DNA of 45,743 nt from an uncultured Bacilli bacterium. Lineage in GTDB: Bacteria; Bacillota_I; Bacilli_A; RF39; UBA660. Shown here one piece after another: positions 39,211-45,743 of this stretch; within the stretch, counting starts at the first letter, position 1, and the number at the start of each line of letters is the position of its first letter. Both the position numbers and the translations under genes were made by a program. Below the pieces are notes generated by a model. That model had not been told where the DNA came from and did not search any database. It worked only from the letters and a program-made list of their open reading frames with translations. The DNA lies in contig CALVII010000003.1 in NCBI GenBank assembly GCA_944329465.1, positions 1 to 45,743 of the forward strand, written 5' to 3'.

Positions 39211-40536
39211 ATGAAAATAGCAGTTGCGGGTACAGGATATGTTGGTTTGGTAACAGGAGTTGCTTTAGCTCATATAGGTCATAATGTAACATGTGTCGAT
39301 GTAGATAAAGAAAAGATAAATAAAATGAAAAAGGGTATTAGCCCTATTTATGAACAAGATTTAGAAAAGTTAATGCGTGAAGATAGTGATAGATTAGATT
39401 ATACACTTGATTATAAAAATGCTTATAAAGATGCCGATGTTATAATTATTGGTGTTGGAACGCCTGAAAGGGAAGATGGTTCAGCAAATTTAGATTATGT
39501 TCATTCTGTTTGTGAACAAATTGCTGAGTCTTTGGAAAAAGACTGTGTAGTTGTTTTAAAATCTACAGTTCCTATTGGAACTAATGATGAAATAGAAAAA
39601 AAATTAAATAGTGAAGTAAAAAAAGGAATTAAAGTATATGTGGCTAGTAATCCAGAATTTTTAGCGCAAGGAACAGCGGTTCATGATACTTTGTATGCTT
39701 CTAGAATTGTGGTTGGTACAGAAAATGAAATTGCTGCTGATGTTATGCAAAAAATGTATGAACCTCTTACAAAAGAACCTTATAATGTTCCATATTTACA
39801 TACATCAAGAAGAAGTGCAGAAATGATAAAATATGCTTCAAATGATTTTTTAGCTTTGAAAATATCTTATATTAATGAAATTGCTAATTTATGTAAAAAA
39901 TTAGGAGCTAATATAGAAGATGTTGCTAAAGGTATGGGGTATGATTCAAGAATTGGTAATAAATTTTTAAAAGCTGGTATTGGTTATGGTGGTTCTTGCT
40001 TTCCAAAGGATACCAAAGCTTTGCACTGGCTTGGTCAAATTGAAGATGTAGAGTTAGAAACTATTCAAGCTTGTATAAGTGTTAACAAAAAACAAAAGTT
40101 AGTATTATTTAATGAATTATTAAATGATTTTAATGGAAATATTGAAGGTAAAACGGTATCTGTATTAGGCCTCACTTTTAAACCTGGAACAGATGATTTA
40201 AGAGATGCACCTTCTATTGATAATATTTCAATGCTTTTAGATTATGGCGCGCATGTTAAAGCATTTGATCCAATATCTTCTGATAGTTTTAAGAAAAAGA
40301 TTAGTTTTAAATTAGCGGACGATGGAGTTAAGGGAACAATTGCATTTTTTGACAATATTGATGAGACAATAAAAGATGCTGATGCTGTTATGATTATGAC
40401 AGAGTGGCCAGAAATTGTTAATTATGATGTTAAACAATATAAAAAATTGATGAAAACGCCTAGAGTTTATGATGGAAGAAATTGTTATAATTTAAAAGAT
40501 ACTAAAGATATTATTTATAGTTCAATTGGAAGATAA
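39211..40536 (+). CDS. ugd: UDP-glucose 6-dehydrogenase
   Basis: GTGYVG, KSTVPIGT, SNPEFL, AEMIKYASN, GYGGSCFPKD, LGLTFKPGTDDLR, DGRN. Confidence 0.95.
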   Translation: MKIAVAGTGYVGLVTGVALAHIGHNVTCVDVDKEKINKMKKGISPIYEQDLEKLMREDSDRLDYTLDYKNAYKDADVIIIGVGTPEREDGSANLDYVHSVCEQIAESLEKDCVVVLKSTVPIGTNDEIEKKLNSEVKKGIKVYVASNPEFLAQGTAVHDTLYASRIVVGTENEIAADVMQKMYEPLTKEPYNVPYLHTSRRSAEMIKYASNDFLALKISYINEIANLCKKLGANIEDVAKGMGYDSRIGNKFLKAGIGYGGSCFPKDTKALHWLGQIEDVELETIQACISVNKKQKLVLFNELLNDFNGNIEGKTVSVLGLTFKPGTDDLRDAPSIDNISMLLDYGAHVKAFDPISSDSFKKKISFKLADDGVKGTIAFFDNIDETIKDADAVMIMTEWPEIVNYDVKQYKKLMKTPRVYDGRNCYNLKDTKDIIYSSIGR

Positions 40537-40631
40537 TATCTTTTTTTATTATTGATTTACTTTTGCTTTTTTGTTATATTATTTTTAGAAAAGATTGTTT
40601 TAAAATGTTAAAAATGTGTAGGGTGATTAGA

Positions 40632-43133
40632 ATGATTAAATTTATTAAAAAGCATAAAATATATGTATTAACTTTTATAACACCTATTTTATTATATTTT
40701 ATAATATTATTTGTAAAACATATTTATCCTTTTGGGAATATAGCTAATATTGCTTATGATGAGAATTTACAATATGAACAATTTTTTAATTTTTATTATA
40801 ATGTTTTACATGGCAGTTCTAATATTAATTATTCTTTGTATAAATCATTGGGAGGTTCTTTAGTTGGGCTTTGGGGTTATTATTTAGCTTCACCAATTAA
40901 TTTAATTTTATTGTTTTTCAATGAAATGAATGTCCTTAATTTTGTCTTTTTAGCAACATCAATAAAAATTGGTTTATGTAGTTTATTTTTTGCTGTTTTT
41001 ATTAAATATAGATTTAAAAAATTAAAAGATATTCATGTTTTAATGCTTGCTGTTGCTTATTCGTTTACTCAGTATGTCGTTGGACAAATGGCTAATATAA
41101 TGTGGCTTGATGGGGTATATATGCTTCCTTTGCTTTTATATTTTACCGAAAAATATTTGAATGATAATAAAAAACTAGGATTATATATTACATTTATTTT
41201 AACTATTATTTTTAATTGGTATACAGGTTATATGAATTGTTTATTTACTTTTATATATTTTGTATATAGATTAATATGTATAGAACATGATAAAAATAAG
41301 CATATAAACAAATTAAATTTATTTAAAAAAATAGTTAAATTTGGGTTTATAGAATTACTTAGTGTTTTAGGTAGTGCAGTTATATTTTTACCGATTGTTA
41401 TTTCTCAATTAAATAGTAGAAGTTTTTCGACAACAAATTTATTTGAATTTTCTACCAACGGTTCTTTTTTTAATATATTTAGAGGATTTATGATAGGTAG
41501 TGAAAATCCGAGTACAGCAATTACTTTATATTGTTCTATTTTTGCCTTTATTTTGATATTTTATTATATTTTTTATAAAAAGATTAATTCTTTTGAAAAA
41601 AAGACAACATTAATTTTTGCTTTAATTATGATTTTTTCACTATTTTTTAAACCACTTGAATATATATGGCATGGAATGCTTTCTGTAAATTCATTTCAGT
41701 ATAGATTTTTATATGTTTGTATTTTAACTGTTTTGTTACTACCTGCGGCTATTTTAAATAAAAATGAAAAGTTAGATAAAGAACTTGTTAAAAAAATAAT
41801 TTTTGGCTCTATTTTAGCATTTTTGGCATTTGATTTATTGATTAGATTTAGCCCAAAAAGATTATGGGTACAAATTGTGATTTTATTGCTTTATTATTTT
41901 ATTATATGTTTATTTAAAAAAGATAAATTTAAAATGCCTTTAATTTTTACTTTATTTATGTTTGAAATATTAATAAATGCTTATTTGCTTGTTGGAAATT
42001 CTTATACATTGGACAAAGATTATTATTTAAATTATTCGGCTAATGAGAAAAAGATGATTAATCAAATTAAAAATAGTGATAATGATTTTTATAGAATTGA
42101 GACAAATATAGATAGAGATATTAAAAGAAATTCATTTATCAGTAATGAGAGTTTGGCTTATTCTTATAGTACAATTGAACAATATACATCTACATATGAT
42201 CAAACAACAGGTTATTTTTTAGCTAATTTAGGTTATTCTAGAAATGTTTTTCCAACATTTTATCATGAACCTATTTTGCCGGTTGATAGTTTACTTGGAG
42301 TAAAATATTTGCTTACTGATGTAAATTATGATGGTTTTGAGTTAAGAAAAGAATTTAATTCTTATAATGGTAAAAAAGTATATGAAAATGAATATGCTCT
42401 TTCACTTGGAATGAACAGTTCTTCCGACATTTTAAAAGTAAAATATAACGGTAATCCATTTGAATATATTAATGAAATTTATAGTGGTATTTTAGGTAGA
42501 AATATTCAATTATTTAAACTTTATGATATTACAGAAAACAAAATTGACTCTTTAAACTATGAATATAATACTAATCAAGATAATAATTCAAATATAATTT
42601 ATTTTCGTTTTAATTTAGCTCCATCTGAAATAACGATTAAAAGAGATAATAATTTAGAGGAAAAATATGAAAGTTATTGGCTTACACATAATGTTTTAGT
42701 GCTAGGTAATGATAGTGAGAAGCATACTTTAAAAGTAAAAAATATTGATAAATCAAAATATGAATTACAATTTTATAGTTTTGATTTAGAATTGTTTGAA
42801 TCTATTATTTCTGAAATTAAGGAAAATTCTATAAATTTTGAAAAAATAGAAGATGGAAATATTAAATTTATAGCAAGTGGTGAATATGCATTACTAACTA
42901 TTCCTTATAGTGATTCTTGGAATATAACTATTAATGGCAAAAAAACTGAACCTTTAAAAGGAGCTGATGGACTGCTTGTTATTCCTCTTTCTGATGAAGT
43001 TAATCACGTAAATATGAAATATAAAGTAAAAGGTAAAGAGTTAGGATTATTTGTTACTATTTTATCTGCTTGTGTATTTACTATTTTTTGTATCTTTGAT
43101 AATAAATTATTTAATAAAAAAGTTAATAGTTAA
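40632..43133 (+). CDS. yfhO: YfhO-family GT-C membrane glycosyltransferase
   Basis: YPFG....D...QY, YYLASP.N, NIMWLDG..MLP, NWYTGYM, W.G....FQYRF, FYRIE, LLGVKY, TIPYS.SW. GGGTG SD favours ATG 40632. Confidence 0.88.
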   Translation: MIKFIKKHKIYVLTFITPILLYFIILFVKHIYPFGNIANIAYDENLQYEQFFNFYYNVLHGSSNINYSLYKSLGGSLVGLWGYYLASPINLILLFFNEMNVLNFVFLATSIKIGLCSLFFAVFIKYRFKKLKDIHVLMLAVAYSFTQYVVGQMANIMWLDGVYMLPLLLYFTEKYLNDNKKLGLYITFILTIIFNWYTGYMNCLFTFIYFVYRLICIEHDKNKHINKLNLFKKIVKFGFIELLSVLGSAVIFLPIVISQLNSRSFSTTNLFEFSTNGSFFNIFRGFMIGSENPSTAITLYCSIFAFILIFYYIFYKKINSFEKKTTLIFALIMIFSLFFKPLEYIWHGMLSVNSFQYRFLYVCILTVLLLPAAILNKNEKLDKELVKKIIFGSILAFLAFDLLIRFSPKRLWVQIVILLLYYFIICLFKKDKFKMPLIFTLFMFEILINAYLLVGNSYTLDKDYYLNYSANEKKMINQIKNSDNDFYRIETNIDRDIKRNSFISNESLAYSYSTIEQYTSTYDQTTGYFLANLGYSRNVFPTFYHEPILPVDSLLGVKYLLTDVNYDGFELRKEFNSYNGKKVYENEYALSLGMNSSSDILKVKYNGNPFEYINEIYSGILGRNIQLFKLYDITENKIDSLNYEYNTNQDNNSNIIYFRFNLAPSEITIKRDNNLEEKYESYWLTHNVLVLGNDSEKHTLKVKNIDKSKYELQFYSFDLELFESIISEIKENSINFEKIEDGNIKFIASGEYALLTIPYSDSWNITINGKKTEPLKGADGLLVIPLSDEVNHVNMKYKVKGKELGLFVTILSACVFTIFCIFDNKLFNKKVNS

Positions 43134-43251
43134 AAAGTTCAATCTAACTTTTTTTGCTTTCTTTATTGTGCCATTTATAAAAATATGTTATATTTAATTA
43201 GGTTTGATAAGAGAATAAAAGGAGGCATAGATAAAAATATAGGGTGGTAAT

Positions 43252-44361
43252 ATGAAAGTAAGACAATCTAATTATGAATTAATGCGCATTGTTTCAATGT
43301 TTTTAATTGTTATTTATCACATTTTAATTCATGGTAATGTTTTTAATAATACTAAAGGTGGCTTGCATTTTATTTTTGCTTTTTTAATATGTATAACATT
43401 AGTACATGTAAATTCATTTGTATTAGTAACAGGGTATTTTAATTATAATAAAGATTTTAAATGGAAAAAGTTTTTCTCGGTGTTTATGCAATCTTGGTTT
43501 TATCAGATTGTAATAGCTTTAATTATATTTATTTGTGGTATTTATTATATTGGTGGTAGCTATACGTTATTTAATACTTTATCTCCACTTAATTATAGTT
43601 ATTGGTTTATTGTTAAGTATTTATTACTTTATTTGTTATCTCCATATATAAATAAAGTGATAAAGTGTACTACACAAAAAGAACATAAAAGATTAATAAT
43701 TATTATGTTTATATTATTTTCTATTTTACCTTTTATAACTAGAGGTGGTTTGATTTTTAATGATGGTTTTACATTAATCCAATTTATAATGTTATATTTT
43801 ATTGGTGCTTATTTTAGAAAATATCCAATTCAAGAAAATTATCATTTTAAAAGATTTAGTAAAAATAAATTACAAATTATATTATTTAGTTTAACTATTA
43901 TCTTTTGTCTATCACACTTTTTGCTCAATTTATTATCTAGTTATTTTCTATCTTTTGAAAATCAAATATTTGTTGATTTTGGAAATAGTTTAAAACAGTG
44001 GTTTACTTATTATAGTGCCCCTTTTGTGATATTACAAAGCGTTTGTTATTTTTTATGGTTTGGGACTTTATCAATTAAGAATAAAGCTATTAATTTAATT
44101 GCATCATTAGTGTTTGGAGTTTATTTAATTCATGATAATGATTTTGTAAGGCCAATTTTATATAAGTTTTTAAAGATTGATACAGGAACAGTTATTACTG
44201 ATTTTATTATTATTTTTAAAGTTTTTGGATTTGCAATTTTAATATTTGTTATTTGTTTATTGATTGAATTTATTAGAAAAAAATCATTTGAATTTATATG
44301 TAAACGAAAATTAGTAAAAAAATTAACTTTTAAAATAAAAAATTATTTAATAAATGTATAA
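43252..44361 (+). CDS. Acyltransferase-3 family membrane O-acyltransferase
   Basis: RQSNYELMRIVSMFLIV.YH, VNSFVLVTGYF, YWF, LSPYIN, YFIGAY, FGVYLIH. Confidence 0.9.
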   Translation: MKVRQSNYELMRIVSMFLIVIYHILIHGNVFNNTKGGLHFIFAFLICITLVHVNSFVLVTGYFNYNKDFKWKKFFSVFMQSWFYQIVIALIIFICGIYYIGGSYTLFNTLSPLNYSYWFIVKYLLLYLLSPYINKVIKCTTQKEHKRLIIIMFILFSILPFITRGGLIFNDGFTLIQFIMLYFIGAYFRKYPIQENYHFKRFSKNKLQIILFSLTIIFCLSHFLLNLLSSYFLSFENQIFVDFGNSLKQWFTYYSAPFVILQSVCYFLWFGTLSIKNKAINLIASLVFGVYLIHDNDFVRPILYKFLKIDTGTVITDFIIIFKVFGFAILIFVICLLIEFIRKKSFEFICKRKLVKKLTFKIKNYLINV

Positions 44362-44382
44362 AAGAAGGTAAGACCTTCTTTT
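44360..44382. terminator. Bidirectional terminator acyltransferase / spoIVB
   Basis: AAAAGAAGGT-AAG-ACCTTCTTTT perfect inverted repeat between convergent stops. Confidence 0.8.
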
Positions 44383-45373
44383 AATTTTCTGCTTCTTCTA
44401 ACATATTTGTAATAAAAATTCCATATCCTTTATGAGTGTCATTAATAACAACGTGAGTGACTGCACCAATTATATTGTCTCCTTGTATAATAGGGGAGCC
44501 ACTCATTCCTTGAATTATACCACCAGTTTTATGTATTAATTCTTTATCAGTAATTTCAAAAACAAAATTTTTGTTTTTTTGTTTTTCAGAATTAATTTGA
44601 GTAATATTTATTTCATATTCTTGAATTTTAGTACCATCTAATACTGTTAAAATTTTAGCTTTTCCCTTTTTTACTTCGTTAGGTTTTGCAACATTATAGG
44701 TTTTAGATTCATTAATTTCATCTGTATATTTACCAAAGATTCCTTGTTTAGTATTTTCACTTACTGTACCCTTAATATCTTCTTTATCATATTCTGCTTG
44801 TTTTTCCCCAGGGGATCCATCTTTGCTTGGTAAAATACCAGTTACTTCAGAAGAAAATATTGTTCCATCTTTTACTTCGAATATTTTTCCAGTAGTTTGC
44901 TCTTGAATTTCATGACCTAAAGCTCCAAAGTTTTTAGTGGTAGGATCAATAAAGGTAAGTGTTCCAATACCAGTAATACTATCTTTTACATATAATCCAG
45001 TTTTATAAACATTACTTTCGTCTTTGTATAATTTTAAAGTTGTTTCCTTTTCTTGATTATTTCTCATATAAGTGATGTCAATTTCATCATCTTTTAAATC
45101 ATTAATTTGTGTGGCCATTTCTTCAATGTTTGAAACCTTATTACCGTTAATTTTTTCGATAATGTCTCCTGTTTTTAAGCCAGCTTCTTTTGCAGGAGAT
45201 GTGTCTTTTACTTCATAAGTTCCAACAATTAAAACGCCATCTGAATTAAGTGCTATACCAATATTTTGTCCACCTGCAATTATTTTATCTGAATAAGCTA
45301 AGGCATTTATTGGTATAATAAGAGTAAATAGAAGAAGCAAGAAGATTGATTTTTTAAATTTTTTTAAAAGCAA
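44381..45373 (-). CDS. spoIVB: SpoIVB peptidase (PDZ + S55)
   Basis: GG..IGI.L...GVL.VG, PDZ 'SPA..AGLK.GD.I..ING', GIGTLTF, FGALGH, TGGIIQGMSGSPIIQ, GAVTHV. TTG start with AGGAGA SD. Confidence 0.93.
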   Translation of the reverse strand: MLLKKFKKSIFLLLLFTLIIPINALAYSDKIIAGGQNIGIALNSDGVLIVGTYEVKDTSPAKEAGLKTGDIIEKINGNKVSNIEEMATQINDLKDDEIDITYMRNNQEKETTLKLYKDESNVYKTGLYVKDSITGIGTLTFIDPTTKNFGALGHEIQEQTTGKIFEVKDGTIFSSEVTGILPSKDGSPGEKQAEYDKEDIKGTVSENTKQGIFGKYTDEINESKTYNVAKPNEVKKGKAKILTVLDGTKIQEYEINITQINSEKQKNKNFVFEITDKELIHKTGGIIQGMSGSPIIQGDNIIGAVTHVVINDTHKGYGIFITNMLEEAEN

Positions 45374-45493
45374 ATAATCATCTCCTATTTAAAAATCAGA
45401 CTACATTATTATTATGAGAATTTATAAAAAAAATAAAAGTAGTATTTTATGGTAAAACGTTTTTAAATGTGGTAATATAGTTATGGTGATTTT

Positions 45494-45739
45494 ATGTTAT
45501 TAAAATTTTGTGAAGACAATTTTTTATTTTATATCACTCACACAAAGTATTTTGATATTTTGTGCATATTTGTTGTGCTATTTTTTATTGTTTTATTTAT
45601 ATTAACTCAAAAAAATGAATTTATAGATAAATTTAAAAATAGCAATTTTAAAATGTTTACAACAATTTTTTCTTTTGGAATTTTTGTTGGTTTTTTTGTT
45701 TTTTTTTTTTTTTTTAGTTTGAATATGAATGAATTTTAA
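45494..45739 (+). CDS. Hydrophobic membrane protein, possibly truncated or frameshifted at a poly-T tract
   Basis: GGTGA SD and ATG, two hydrophobic segments, T17 run at 45699-45715, close to the window end. Confidence 0.4.
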   Translation: MLLKFCEDNFLFYITHTKYFDILCIFVVLFFIVLFILTQKNEFIDKFKNSNFKMFTTIFSFGIFVGFFVFFFFFSLNMNEF

Positions 45740-45743
45740 GTAT

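Noticed and set aside
45410..45440. Forespore sigma-G-type promoter for spoIVB (minus-strand CATAATA)
   Set aside because: No matching -35 element at the proper spacing; the -10 alone is insufficient.
1..45743. Mycoplasma-type genetic code 4, given the very low GC
   Set aside because: Genes are intact under code 11, Trp is TGG, and TGA terminates genes in ATGA overlaps (e.g. 30186-30189, 32762-32765).

Overview
Chromosomal, very AT-rich segment of a low-GC Bacillota (Bacilli-like) bacterium using genetic code 11 (TGA is a stop, TGG is Trp). A gut RF39-type lineage is my inference only. The left part is housekeeping: fusA (5'-truncated), tuf, hisS-aspS, two tandem degenerate ClpX-like P-loop proteins, ttcA, a CYTH protein, a 6S RNA, rnhC, cvpA-trxA, dCMP deaminase, lspA-rluD-rhomboid and a PgsA-like gene. 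The middle is cell-envelope related: a GH73 glucosaminidase with Ig-like repeats, a stand-alone MuF-C/BECR-type putative RNase, a 6-PASTA membrane protein, an alpha/beta hydrolase, an acyltransferase and a ricin-lectin GH25 muramidase. The right part is a ~17 kb Wzx/Wzy-type surface polysaccharide locus (GtrB-like GT2, glf, several GTs, wzx, a Wzy/WaaL-GT2 fusion, an Alg14/Alg13 pair, ugd, YfhO, acyltransferase), followed by spoIVB. I saw no transposase, integrase, tRNA, rRNA or CRISPR array. The most interesting candidates are (1) the MuF-C-like RNase gene, whose 3' end is overlapped by a predicted ~55-nt antisense structured RNA with its own near-consensus promoter and U-tail, a possible RNA-antitoxin module, and (2) the tandem ClpX-fold pair, which keeps Walker A but shares parallel substitutions in Walker B and sensor II.
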